Source: the human T2T-CHM13v2.0 reference genome, Homo sapiens. From it: a stretch of DNA of 64,000 bases. A program made the translations under genes and the position numbers. The stretch lies in the NCBI RefSeq assembly GCF_009914755.1, contig NC_060935.1; one strand, written 5' to 3'. Shown here in pieces: positions 1 through 12,612 of this stretch. Below the pieces are notes generated by a model. That model was given only the letters and a program-made list of their open reading frames with translations, was not told where the DNA came from and made no database searches. Positions within the stretch are counted from its first letter, which is position 1, and every line of letters begins with the position of its first letter.

Positions 1-620
1 TCTGAAGATAAGAATATTGAAGGTTAATTAGGTTAAATAATTGGCCCAAGATCACAAAGAAAGTAAAAGAACCTGAATTTGAACCCATATCCGACTGACT
101 CCAAAGCCTGAACATGCTTTTCATTATACCACACTGCCTATCTCTGGTTAGTGATTCGGGAGAATCAGGTACTATTTACAGTTAACGCCACTAACTAGTT
201 CAGTGACCTTGGCTAACTCACTCTATCTTTTTAGGACTCAGCTCTTCATGTATAAGTTGATGGAAGTTGAACTAGTGAAAGTTCACAAACAAATGAATCA
301 TGTTCTTCATGAAAATGGGTATCTGAGGCAGCCTTAAGATTAAGTGTTGGAGCCTCTTCTGTGTGACAGCAGATGACTCAGAAAAACAAAAGTAGGGTAG
401 CATAGTGAAAAGAGTACAGGACCAGAAACAAGAAGACCTGGGTTCTAGCCCAACCTCTGCTATTTATTAGTCATGATTCTCAGTTCCTTCATCTTTAAAA
501 TGGAGATAAATTTTGTATACTGGCTATTTCTCAGTGTATTGATTGGTTCAAATGAGATTATGTATGAAAATATTCTCAAGGACAAAATCAAGTAATACAT
601 TAGTACAGCCATTTTTCTAT
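1..620. mobile_element. Cluster of MIR SINE fragments
   Basis: MIR core motifs: tttgaacccat...ctgactccaaagcc (minus strand) and gacctgggttctagccc...cagttccttcatctttaaaatggagataa (plus strand). Confidence 0.7.
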
Positions 621-846
621 TTGCCTTAATTGTCATAACATGAATTAGATCTTGTAAGTTAATTAAAATGTGATTTGTAATCTGCTGGCTATGGTAGCAA
701 CTGGGAATTAGCTCTGGCAAAGCCTATCAGCTCTGCACTTTTGCTTAGCCTAACAATGGGAATAAAACATAATAAATACATTTACAGGTTCTGCACCTGT
801 GAAAGAGCTGATGATGTTAGAAAAACAAAAGACCATTATCCTAGAA

Positions 847-1056
847 CAGGGAGTCCTTGCTCTAGAACTTCGTTATGATGGAAATTTTCTGTATCTGTGC
901 TGTCTGGTACAGTAGCCCCTAGACATATGTGTCTACTGAGGACTTGAAATGTGGCTAGTACAACTAAGGAACTGAATTTTACATTTTATTTCATTTTAAT
1001 TAATTTAAATTTATGTAGACATATGCAGGTAGTAGCTACTATACAGAACAGTGCAG
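847..1056 (+). mobile_element. MER3 (hAT-Charlie) DNA transposon
   Basis: tagaact...atgatggaaat...gaaatgtggctagt...aggaactgaatttt...ttaattaatttaaattt matches the recalled MER3 consensus. Confidence 0.75.
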
Positions 1057-1447
1057 TTCTAGAGCAAAAGCAAGGTATGGATTTGTTGAACTATGTTATG
1101 GTTTTATAGCTATACTTTTAAGCCCAAGTAAATTGACTGTTTTTTTTTGCAATTCGGAAACTGTGTCCCCTAATGCCTTCACCCCTGCCTCCAAATCAAA
1201 CATTTTTTATAGCATGATTTTTGATAATGAAAAGTTTCTCTGGCACCCAGTTATCACTGTGTAGCAACACAGATGATGCCAATAAAATATGAAGGCTACA
1301 GAAGCAAAAAATTATGTTTTGTCATAGACGTGTTTGTCTACCTGAAACGATATAATGTTTTGCTTGTCTTTAAAAAAGCAAGGACTGAAAAGTACTAGGC
1401 CCTGTGAGCGGTCACTAACCCACCTAATGGCTGTGGCAGCCTCCTAC

Positions 1448-1691
1448 CTTGCATTTTCTGCTCTTCGGCTTATGCACTGGTGCAAGTAGAGATACTCCTG
1501 AGGTGCGCTGGTGGACAAGGTGGGCTGCATGTGGTTTGACACAGGGGGTTCAAACGTGAACAGAGTTGGCTGGCTGGAGTGTGATGGGGCTGAGGACTTG
1601 CGCTCTCGGAGAAGGTGCTGGCTAGAGCTGCTGAGCTCAGCTGGAGAAGAGCGGGGGCCATGACCGGCTGAGGAAACATTTCTCAGGGAGT
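1448..1691 (-). CDS. GAB2: GAB2 coding exon 3 (aa 126-207)
   Basis: ccttttcag|AC TCC CTG AGA... completes the phase-1 codon from exon 2 (G|AC = Asp). Reads DSLRNVSSAGHGPRSSPAELSSSSQHLLRERKSSAPSHSSQPTLFTFEPPVSNHMQPTLSTSAPQEYLYLHQCISRRAENAR, then AG|gtagga. Length 244 nt. Contains the RERKSS basophilic (Akt, Ser159) motif. The ORF-track entry 1470..1679 is a different frame. Confidence 0.97.
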
Positions 1692-2064
1692 CTGAAAAGG
1701 AGAAATAGCTCTGTGAATGAAAAAGGAAGGAAATGTATCCTTATCCCAAAGTGAGTTGTCAGAGGAAGAAAAAAGAGTAAGAGCAGAGAAAATAATCCAG
1801 CACTAGCATTCTCTCCCTCTCATATACCTGCCCCTTGCTGCCCTCCTGGCCATCTTGGTTGAAGAAGAGGTCCTCTTTACCTTTGTATGGCTTCTGGGGT
1901 AGCCTGGAGGTGACTTCCTATCACAATGTAGGCCATATCTGCCCCACTTCCAGGAAGTACGGCTACCTGTGGTCTAGGAGTGTGACCCTGACCCTCAGGC
2001 AAGGTCTGCCTCTAGAGTAATGAGTACGACCACCTTCCCACTCTTTGGTGGCGCCTGCTGTGGT

Positions 2065-2416
2065 CAAAGGATGAAATCATGTCTTTTGCAGCAACATGAA
2101 TGCAGCTGAACATCATTATCCCAAGTGAATTAATGCAGAAACAGAAAACCAAATACCCTAATGTTCTCACTTATAAGTTGGAGCTAAACACAGGGTGCAC
2201 ATGGACATAAAGACGGAAACAGTAGACACTGGGGATTATGTTAACAGGGAGGGAGAGAGGGGGACAAGGATTGAACAACTACCTATGGGGTACAATGCTA
2301 TTTGGGTGATAGGATGAACAGAAGGCCAAACCTCAGCATTAGACAATATACCCATGTAACACACTTGCACATGTACCCTGGCATCTGAAAAACAAGTTGA
2401 AATTTAAAAAAAAAAT
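2065..2416 (+). mobile_element. L1 3' end (L1PA16/L1PB-like), 5'-truncated, with A tail
   Basis: gaaatcatgtcttttgcagcaacatg...atgttctcacttataagt...caatatacccatgtaac...poly(A). Confidence 0.85.
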
Positions 2417-3829
2417 GAAATTTAAACATCTAATTACAGGAAAAAAAAAAGCTAAGGCTGGCTTTGTTAAATGAGGCTTTGCTTACTGAAGACTCATTAA
2501 TTGAGGCTCTGGACTGTGCCTTACTGCATTAATGAGAAAAGCACAAATGCATTTGGAGCTGTCCCTTAATACTGGACTCCAGCTGCTCCTGCCTGGCCTC
2601 CTAAGACCTCCAAGGACAGTTACATTCCCCACTGCCTACCACTCCCTGTCTATTGGTCATTTTCCCTCTTATCTCAAGCTTTTCTCTGTTGTGTTAGTAA
2701 GTGAGGTATTAAGGACGGATAATAGCTTATAGTACTACACCCCAAGCCAAGGTCATTATTCATTTGGCTGGCTCTCTAAGCTAGTCCAAATTCCTTAGCA
2801 TAACATACAAGGCTTTTGACAGTCTGACCTACTTCCTGCTTTTCTCCACCCATAAACAAGGCATATGGAAGCATCATCAGTCCTTGAACACACCAGCCTC
2901 TTTTATGATTCTTTGTTTTGGCTTCTGCTGTTCCTTCCACTTGGATTTCACCTCTACTCTACTGGCAAGCTCATATGCAGACTTTTAGACCCTACACAGA
3001 TATCATATTCTCTCCCAAATCTTCCTGGACTTGCTTCTTCTTCTGTGTGCCAACAGCACTTGGCCCATGCTCCCATTATATCCATGGTCACTATGCTTCC
3101 TTGTCTAACCCATGGCTTTCTGAGAACAGTGACTGTGATGTTGTTACCATTATAGGCCCAGCATTTACCTAATAAAGGCAAGGTACATAGCAGATTCTTA
3201 GTTCATGTCTGCGGACTAAGCAAACACAACACATTCATTCAGCACTCAAAAATTCCACTAGTGAAACTTCTTGTTCGAAAGAAATAAAAGTTTAAAGATG
3301 TAATCTTAGGCAGTATGATAGCTGGTGGGTTAACGTTGTGGTGGTGTTGATTTTCTAAGGTTATTCAACTCATGTCAAAGGGGACACAGTTCACCTTCTA
3401 CGCCCTGTCATCTGACCTATCTCAGGCTGTACCCTTCTCATGGTCCTAGGCAGGATCACCAGCTCATTAATGCTCTACAGTATTAATTACTCTCCAGGCA
3501 TTTCTGCTGCTGGGCAGGACACCTGCCAGTGTACAACAGAAAAAGCTGATGGGCCTCTGGGGAAAAACTGTTCCATTGACAGCTGTATTGACCCCCAAAA
3601 TTAACTCCCATTACAAGTCTTTCAGTAAACTGGACATTTGTTAACAGAATCGATAGCTCATTACTCCATTAGATTTGCAAGATGAACTCTCTAATAGTGG
3701 AGGAGAGAGGGTTTACATTATGGGACAGAGTAGCCACAGGGCCATGGAAAGAATACAAGCTACTGCCTAAGAAGACACAGGGAACCTGCAAAAAGCAAGC
3801 CTCTGGTGAGATTCTGTATTCTCTGTTGT

Positions 3830-4260
3830 CTCGTTGGACTCCTCTTCCTTTGCCTGCCCCTTCAGTGGAGGCATTCCTCAGGGCTCCACTCTAGACCCTC
3901 CTATAGCCTCTCTCTCCCGCTGAAGACTCTCCAGCGGGTAATCCTGTCCACTTCCACAGCTTCAGTTACCACCTATGTGCTGACAACTCTCAAATCTTCA
4001 TCTCTAGCTCAGTTCTCTCTCCGGGACTCCCTGCTATATATCCCTTCACCTGCTGAGCACCTCCCTTCAGACGTCCCACTAGTGGGCCAAACTCAACAAT
4101 CTAAATTGACCTCTTCATCACTCGTGTTCCCTGTCTCAGTGAGGTCCATCATCACCAGCCAATAAGTTCTCCAAGCCAGAAGTCCAGGCATTATCTATGA
4201 CTCTTCTGTTTCTCAGCAACCATGTCACGTCATTATGTCACCGTCCCTCTTAAAACTCTT
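3830..4260 (+). mobile_element. L2 fragment
   Basis: ttaccacctatgtgctgacaactctcaaatc...tctagctc...ctcaacaatctaaattga is typical L2 3' ORF2 sequence. Confidence 0.65.
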
Positions 4261-4290
4261 CTGTTATACCTCAGATGACTTACAAATATC

Positions 4291-4885
4291 TTTCCTTTTT
4301 TTTTTTTTTTTTTTTTTGTGAGACAGAGTCTCGCTCTGTCATCCAGGCTTAAATGCAGTGGTACGATCTCGGCTCACCACAACCTCTGCTTCCTGGGTTC
4401 AAGTGATACTCCGGCCTCAGCCTCCTGAGTAGCTGCAACTACAGGTGTATGCCATGACGCCCAGCTAATTTTTGTATTTTTAGTAGAGATGGGGTTTCAC
4501 CATGTTGGCCAGGATGGTCTCGATCACCACTGCCTCAGCCTCTCAAAGTGCTGGGATTACAGGCGTGAGCCACCATGCCCAGTCAAAGCTCTCTTTTTTA
4601 GAGACATGGTCTTGCTCTGTTGCTCAGGCTGGAGTGCCATGGTGCAATCATAGCTCACTATAACCTCGAACTCCCGGGCTCAAGCAATCTTCCTGCCTTA
4701 GCCTCCGGAATAGCCAGGAATACAGGCATGCACCACCACGCCAGGCCAATTTTTAAATTTTTTTTGTAGAGACAGGATCTCACTATGTTGCCCAGGCTAG
4801 TCTTGAACTTCTGGCCTTAATCAATCCTCCTGCCTCAGCCTTCCAAAGGGCTAGGATTACAGGTATAAAGCCCTGCACCCAGCCT
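4291..4885 (-). mobile_element. Two tandem Alus (AluS with an internal deletion, then AluJ)
   Basis: Poly(T) then gagacagagtctcgctctgt...; second copy from about 4592 with AluJ-type ctcactatgttgcccaggct. Confidence 0.9.
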
Positions 4886-5807
4886 CTTTTTTTAAAGACA
4901 TTTTCCTGTTTCTTTCTTCAACCTTGTTTCTTACCTGTGCTTCCCTGTGTTTCAAATAAAATTCCAGGAAAATACCAATCTTTCTCTCATCACTTTGTAC
5001 ATCAGGCTGTAAACACAGTGATGGCAGAGATTTTGAAATGGTTTTATCCTCATCATTAAGCCCAGTGTGTGACAAAATTCAATAAATACGCGTTGATCAA
5101 AAAAAGTACACACCATAAGAAATCATTATTCCTCAGTAACATTCACTGACTCCTTATTGCCTTCAGAATAAAGTCGAGTTTCCTCAGTATTACAATAAAC
5201 GCCATTGACACAACCTACTTATTCTGCCTTGTCATCAAATGCATCCTTCATGCCCCCTATGTTGAATGCTTTGGCTGTGAGTATGAATAAAAGAGGAGTG
5301 ACCCATCCTCACCTCTGCAGCCCCTTCCTTGAGCTCAGCCTGTGGAGTCATATCTGTGACTCAGTCTATTTAGCTGCATACTTGGGGAAGTCACTTCACC
5401 TCTCAGAGTCTCAGTCTCCTTATTTACAAATCAACATAGGGCAGCTATAAGGATGAAAAGAATGAAATACACATAAGGTCTAGAAAATCTTGAATGTCAT
5501 AGGTACATGGAACACCTTCTATCACTTATGTACCCCTAGTGCCTAGAACAGCCCCAGCCATGGTATGTATTCAATACACATTTGTTGACTGATCATACTG
5601 AAAAAATAAAAGAATTTTCCCTGGCGCAAAAATCCAAATATGTGTGTTTCTTGTGGTCAAAATCAGAGAGGTTTTAAGGTCTGTTAAGAAGATGAAGTAG
5701 GGATTAGGATGAATTGGGCCTTCATCCAACAGAAACTTGGATTTCTACTCTACCAGCACAAAGTCATGTCAATGAAACTAGCCAGCTCCATCTAATGATC
5801 TATAGCT

Positions 5808-6121
5808 TAGCTGGGTGCAATAGCTCATGCTTGTAATCCCAACGCTTTGGGAGGCCAAGACAGGAGGGTTGCTTGAGGTCAGGAGTTTGAGACCAGCCTG
5901 GGAAACCTAGTGAGAGTCGTCTCTATCAAAAATTAAAAAATTAACTGGGCGTGGTGGTGTGTGCCTGTAGGCCTAGCTACTTAGGAGGCTGAGGTGGGAA
6001 GACTGCTCCAACCCAAGAGATTGAGGCTGCAGTGGGCTATGATCGCGCCACTGCAATCAGCCAAGATGACAGAGTGACACCTTGTCTCTAAAAAAAGAAA
6101 AAAGAAAAAAGAAAAAAAAAA
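5808..6121 (+). mobile_element. AluJ
   Basis: Dimeric Alu with gaggctgcagtg J-type right arm and an A-rich tail. Confidence 0.9.
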
Positions 6122-6243
6122 GTATGTAGCTCCAGAAAAATTCTTTCAAAGCTGTTTTGGCACTAAAACTTGCCAAAATCCCACTTCTGCTTGCAACTTT
6201 AAAAAGATCTCTGCCTGAATTTATGTGATTATTTCTTAGTGTC

Positions 6244-6688
6244 TATACTAGGTTTACTAGTGTCCTTCCAAAACTCATGTCTACCTGGTATTTCAGAATG
6301 TGACCTTACTTGAAAATAGCGTCTCTGTACATAGTTAAGAGGAAGTCATACTGGATTAGGGTGGGCCCTCATCCAATGAACTGGTATCCTTATAAAAGAG
6401 ACACAGAGACAGAGAAACACAAAGGCAGAATACCATGTGATGTATGGGTCAAGGTAGAGATCGAAATGATGTATCTACTAGCCACGGAATGCCAAGGACT
6501 GCTGGCAGCCACCAGGAACTAACGGAAAGGTAGAAACAGACTCTCCTTAGAGCACCCAGAAGGAACCAATACCACCAATGCCTTAATTTTGGATATCTAG
6601 CCTCTAGAACTGTGAGAGAGTAAATTTTTGTTGTTTTAATCTACTCACTTTGTGGTAATTTGTCATGGAGGTCCTAGGAAACCAATAT
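6244..6688 (+). mobile_element. MLT1 (MLT1B/C-like) MaLR solo LTR
   Basis: cagaatgtgaccttacttgaaaatag...actggattagggtgggccct...cctctagaactgtgagag...cctaggaaaccaatata. Confidence 0.8.
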
Positions 6689-7384
6689 ATACCATAAAAC
6701 CTAAAACATCAAACAAGGTTTTCTTGCTTATCTCAGGAAAAATAATTACAAAGCTAAATTCAGAGACAACTTTTCTGGAATAAGATTTTTCTCATTTTGG
6801 ACCCTGATGGCCGAGTACCCCTGCTACTTCTTCCTCCGTGGTTCCAACCCCCAATTCTGATGAGCTGCCTGTGCCCCAATAGATGAGGTTCCGGGGAGGT
6901 GCTACCTCACTTTCCACATCAGTTGGAGGCAAGAGCTTCAGCCAACTTGGGTTTGGTGCTGTTTTGTTTTGCTCACTGAAAGCTGCTCCCTTCAGATGGC
7001 TTGCCATTGGTAAGTGGAGTACATTCTACATGGCCATTCTGGACAGGGCTGATTAGTAGACCTGGCACTGCTGTGATTCATGGCTTCATCACCCCTCAGG
7101 GTCACTCCCTATAATTAAAGTTTTCAAATATACTTCCAAACATTTCATAGAACAAAAGCGACATGGTGTGCTACATGTAACAGAAAAAAATGTATTAGGC
7201 TAATAGTGGAGAGACTTGGCTCTGTCCCTAGATCTGCCTAAAGGCAGATCTGCTTGCTATTTGACCTGGAGCAAATCACTTAGCCTCAGTTGCTTCATCT
7301 GTAAAAAGGGACTATTAATATCTAGGATAACTTGCCCTGCAGTTTATCATAGAGGGTTGCTGAAAGGATTGAATTAAAACACAA

Positions 7385-7830
7385 ACACCAAAAACTTATA
7401 GATGAATGTCCATATCAGCATTATTCATGAGAGCCAAAAAATGGAAACAACCAAAATGTCCTGACGAATGGATAAACAAAATGTGATATATCCACACAAT
7501 GGAATATTATTTAGCCATAGAAATAAAAAATACTGATATAGGTTATCTTGATGAACCTTCAAAATATTACGCTAAGTGAAAGAAGCCAATCATAAAAGAC
7601 CACAGATCTAGAGTTTTGTTAAGAAGGTGGGAGGAGTGTTTGTATGCTGGACAGGCTTCCCAGGGGTGATTGTGGAAAGGAAGGGGAGTGATTCTAGAAA
7701 TGATTTCATTTATGTGAAATATCTAGAAGAGGCAAATCTGCAGGGATGTGAAAAAGATTAGTGGTTACCTGGTGGCAGGCATGGGGGAGTGAGAATAGAT
7801 CTAAGTGGGTTGAAATTTTACTCCCAGTGA
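7385..7830 (+). mobile_element. Old L1M 3' region interrupted by a non-L1 insert at 7607-7695
   Basis: tggaaacaaccaaaatgtcc...gaatggataaacaaaatgtg...gctaagtgaaagaagcca...[insert]...atgatttcatttatgtgaaatatctagaagaggcaaatc. Confidence 0.8.
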
Positions 7831-8429
7831 GTGAACCTCATGCACGGGACAGAAGTCAAGAGACCAGGAATCCAGTTCCAGCTCTGCCATAAACTTGCTG
7901 TGAGATCATGTGTGGTCGCTGAGCTTTAATTCATAACTATCAAGTATTGGAGGATAATCTCTAGCCTACCTGTCTGTCTCACTGGGTTGTTTTAGGAGGT
8001 GAATGAGATAAGGGTTTGGAAGCAAATCCATGCACATGCATAAGGCATTAATAGGATTTGTTTTTATTGCCTGGGTACCCCTTGGGAGAAGAAAAGAATG
8101 GTGAAAATAAAGGAAGATATTAAACAATGTGTGGCTGGGGTGTTTTTGGTACTTCTTGCTGTGTAACTGACCTTCCTAATGACCCAAAACACAAGAAGAA
8201 AATGGAGGTTTCTAGACTCCTGGCCTGAGCTTCTATCTCCAAGTCTAGACTAAAGATAATGCCCACAAATGCCTGAGTCAATCTATTTTCTTTTAAACAG
8301 TTTTTTTTTTTCTTCTTCCTGGCTTCTTTTTAGGGCCCTACAGAATCACTCCCCTTCCTTTCCACAATCACCCCTGGGAAGCCTGCCCAGCATACAAACA
8401 CTCCTCCCACCTTCTTGCAAAACTCTAGA
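7607..8429. repeat. Inverted duplication: 7607-7695 is the reverse complement of 8342-8429
   Basis: Direct comparison: 89 vs 88 nt, with 2 substitutions and 1 indel. Confidence 0.95.
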
Positions 8430-9895
8430 ACAGGAAAGCTCTGAAGGATTTCAGCCGAGGAGCCCAGCCCAGGCCAACCCAGCCATCGACTGGCTAGTGA
8501 TAACATGAGCAGGAAAGGGGTGGTTGGCGGGAGTTTCTGGAAAAGATGACTGGCCAAATAATGACTAGTTCCCTTATCTCAGTGCCCTTTTCATCTTTAT
8601 CCCTTCTCCCCCAAAAATTTATCCCCACCCTCAAGCCTCAGTGGGTCTCAGAACCCATAAAGTGGTAGACCAAAAGCTGTATTGGAGCTGGATTCAAAGT
8701 CTGACTCTGCTAACTCCTAGCTCTGTAGCCTTGGATATGTTAATAAGCCTTTTTAATTCTCACTTGTTCAATAGGGCTAAGTACTTTGTAGGACTGCTGT
8801 GAGGAATAGAGATCATTTTATATCATGCATTTAGCCACTCTTATTGCTCCTATTCCTGGAGTACACATGGAGCTGGTTGAGACCTTGAGATTGGCCAAAG
8901 AGGTACGAGCTGCTTTCCAAGACATGACGGATGCTTGGAAGGTAACTGTCACTGTTTTGGTCACAATTATATGCCGTACAGATGGTATACGGGGAATTAA
9001 TGAGAACCAAAAGGACAACAGTGACTGTGGTAAGCACAGCTGCCATTTACTAAGCACCTATTATGTGCCTCTAGTCTACCCTGTGAGGTACATATTATTA
9101 CCTCCATTTTTTTTTTTTGGATGAAGAAAAATAGGCTCAGAGACATCAATAGCAAACTCTGGGGTCACACAGCCAGAAAGTGGCATAGCCTAGATCTGAA
9201 TCAGATCTCACAGTCTCCAAAGCCAATTCTTTTCACCTGTGCAGAGGAAGAACTCCCACAAGAGCCCTATGAGGTGAATGGTACTAGGGAAGGAAAGTTA
9301 AAATATGAGGATGGGGGTCCAGGCCTAGCTCTACCGCCTACTGGCTGAGTGAATCTGGGCATACCATTTCATCTTCCCAAGCCTCACTGTCTCTATTTAC
9401 AAAAAGAAGAGGTTGGATTAGATCGGGGGTACACATCAAAGTTATCTCTGGGAAATGTAAATGCAGAGGGCTGGTCCCACCTCAGACCTCATTAGTCATA
9501 TTTACAGAGATTCAGATTAGGATCCACTGGTTTGGTTTTAACAACCTCTGGTTCTTAATTCTGGGGCAGAGACAGAAGGGTTAGGGTCTACTGAAGAAAA
9601 GGCAAAGCAGGCTTTGAGTGACAAATGAAAGAGCAAATATTTCCAAAAACCTTCCTTTGGATCATCAAAATTGCAAATTGATAAGCATCCACGTTCTCTC
9701 TGGCCCTTCACATAATCTATGGCTCCAAAGGAACAAGGTATAACAAAAATAACCCTGATGTGGACTTCCCAGACACAGGTTCTGAAACTATTTTATTTAA
9801 TTTTTTTCCCCTCAATGAGAAACATGTATTTAAAAGTTTTCTTAAGAAGCTTCTTAGAGTTGAATTATAATTTTTTTTAAATTTTTTAATTTTCT

Positions 9896-10053
9896 GTTTT
9901 TTTTTTGAGACAAGATCGCGCACTGTTGTCCAGGTTGTAGTGCAGTGGCACAATTATGGCTCATTGCAGCCTCGACCTCCTGGGCTCAGGTGATTCTCCC
10001 ACTTTGGCCTCCCAAAGTGCTGGAACTATAGGCATGCACCACCATGCCTGGCC
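9896..10053 (-). mobile_element. Alu, internally deleted or monomer-length
   Basis: Poly(T) gagacaag...ctcctgggctcaggtgattctcccactttggcctcccaaagtgctgg. Confidence 0.8.
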
Positions 10054-10159
10054 TGAATATATAAACTTTAAATAGCACATACAATATATGAATCAGTTAT
10101 AATTCCATATATAGGGTACCCTTTTTGATTTTCATAAGTTTATAATGTTTTCATTGGCA

Positions 10160-10421
10160 TTTTTTCTTTTTAAACTTTTAGGTTCAGGGGTACACGTGCA
10201 TGTTTGTTATGTAGGTAAACTTGTGTCATGGGGGTTTGATGTACAGATTATTTCATCACCCAGGTACTAAATCTAGTACCCAATAGTTATTTTTTTTGCT
10301 CCTCTCCCTCCTCCTACCCTCTACCCTCTGGTAGGCCCCTGTGCCTGTTGTTCCCTGATTTGTGTCCATGTGTTCTCATCATTTAGCTCCCACTTATAAG
10401 TGAGAACATGTGGTATTTGGT
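10160..10421 (-). mobile_element. L1PA (older subfamily) 3' end
   Basis: ttttaggttcaggggtacacgtgca...gtttgttatgtaggtaaac...tttagctcccacttataagtgagaacatgtggtatttgg. Confidence 0.85.
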
Positions 10422-11766
10422 CTGGAACTATCTTATTACAGGGCCTTGAGCAAAACTTTTAATATCTTTATCCCTCATTTCCCACACTGTCAAATGCCAA
10501 AGAGAACACCTACTCAACAGGGTTCTTTTGAGGATTTGATATGAAATATAGGTAAACAGTAATTATTAAATACTCAATAAATGGCTGTTGGCCTGACACT
10601 TGTCCCATTTTTTATTACTAGAAGTGGAATGGTGGTAAAATTCTAAAAGTTCTAGTGCAGAGAGGATGACGAAAGAATTTTGACAACAGTATTTGATAGG
10701 ATTCTAAGGAGTGTGTGGTCCCTGTAGAAAGCTCACTGAAAAACAAGGAACATATGAAGAATCCTAAAAACAAAAGCATGCTGACAGGTGCTGAGGGCAA
10801 GACTGGATCCAAAGCTCCAGGTCACTTTTCATCATAAGCCTGAAATTATTTAAGAAGGATTAAGTCTCAAAGGCCTTTGGCATATATCATAATTTATGCC
10901 AGAGGAAATTCATAAATTCAAGGCCAAACATAAAATGGCTCAACTTTACACAGTAACTCACATAATATAGCAATTGGAAGGGTCCCCAGAGTCCAGTCTC
11001 TAATTTATCACCACCACCCTCCTCCTACCTCTCAAATCTCTCATCTACAGTTTGAGAAACTGTGGCCCAGAGAAATAAGACTTGTCCAAGGCCACACAGA
11101 AGGTCAGAAATGAACCCTGGAATAAGAATTCAGAACTTACTCCAAGAGCCCTTACCCTGCACTAAAAGATGTATCGCTATGAATGAAGATGTACTCTCTG
11201 TAATGTGGGCCTGGGGGCAGGAGCAATCAAGCTATGAGATCTGGTCAGGACACTAACTGGACCAGATCTGTTATTTGTTTTGAGTTTATAGTATCACTCA
11301 TTATTTGCATGGTAAGTAAACATTTGTGGATCAAAGTACTAAACACTAGTATAAATAGATTCTCGAGTTCAGAAATATAAGTTTCCTAATGTTTATAAGA
11401 ACTATAAAGCGGAGGAAGAAAAAAGAAAAGACAGACAGGCAGTAACATGAGATCCCATGAGATCTTTCTGGACCTATGATTCCCCATCCCCCTTCCAAGG
11501 GAAGACTCTGAGAAAGAACACCATCTCCGCTAGGGAGAGCCAAGTCAGAACATCCTGACCTTGATGCATACGATCTCACAGTATACATTAGCAGAAATTG
11601 ATTCTGTGAAAGGCAAAGAGGAAAGAGAGCGAGTGACTGTAGCTTAGTGACACAGCACAGTTCCTGGTCACACGTCCTTTTACAACCTTCTTTGGCTCGA
11701 GGCATCTCATTTCAGAGATGGAAATGCCTTGTCTCCCTAGTTAGAATTAATCATGCCTTCTAAATC

Positions 11767-12147
<381 letters not shown>

Positions 12148-12247
12148 TAAGCTGTTAGAATCCAGGATCCAGACCATATCTTTTTCTCTAATCGTGTTTA
12201 GCACAATGTTCTATGCCTAGAAAACATTCCAATTAGAACAAGGAGGT

Positions 12248-12612
12248 CCCAGCCCTTTGGGAGGCAAAGGCAGGAGGATCACTTGAGCTCAGGTGTTCAA
12301 GACCAGCCTGGGCAACACTGGAAGACGCTGTCTGTCTGTCTCTATATATGTATGTATGTATATATATATGTGTGTGTGTATATGTATGTCTGAGATATAT
12401 ATATATCTCACGCATACATATAAATTAGCTGGGCATTGTGGCAGATGCCTGCAGTCCCAGACTGGGGGGCTGGGGAGCTGAGGTGGGAGGATCACTTGAG
12501 CCCAGGAGGTCGAGGTTGCAGTAAGCTGTGACCACACCACTGCACTCCGGCCTGGGCGACAGAGTGAGACCCTGTCTCAACAAAACCAAAACAAAAACCA
12601 GAACCAGAACCA
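12248..12612 (+). mobile_element. AluJ with a TA/TG microsatellite expanded in the central linker
   Basis: Alu arms are separated by the low-complexity tract 12343-12421. The tail has degenerated to (aaaacc/agaacc)n. Confidence 0.85.

Noticed and set aside
1470-1679. 69-aa minus-strand ORF MFPQPVMAP...
   Set aside because: Alternative frame of GAB2 exon 3; splice phase fixes the true frame as DSLRNVSS.
2039-2065. CTCF-like motif (ggtggcgcctgctgtgg)
   Set aside because: Spacing does not fit the core consensus on either strand.
9245-9273. 29-nt plus-strand micro-exon candidate (tgcag|...gag|gtgaat)
   Set aside because: The acceptor derives from the edge of a MIR and is probably coincidental, so it is not counted in the nested-gene hypothesis.
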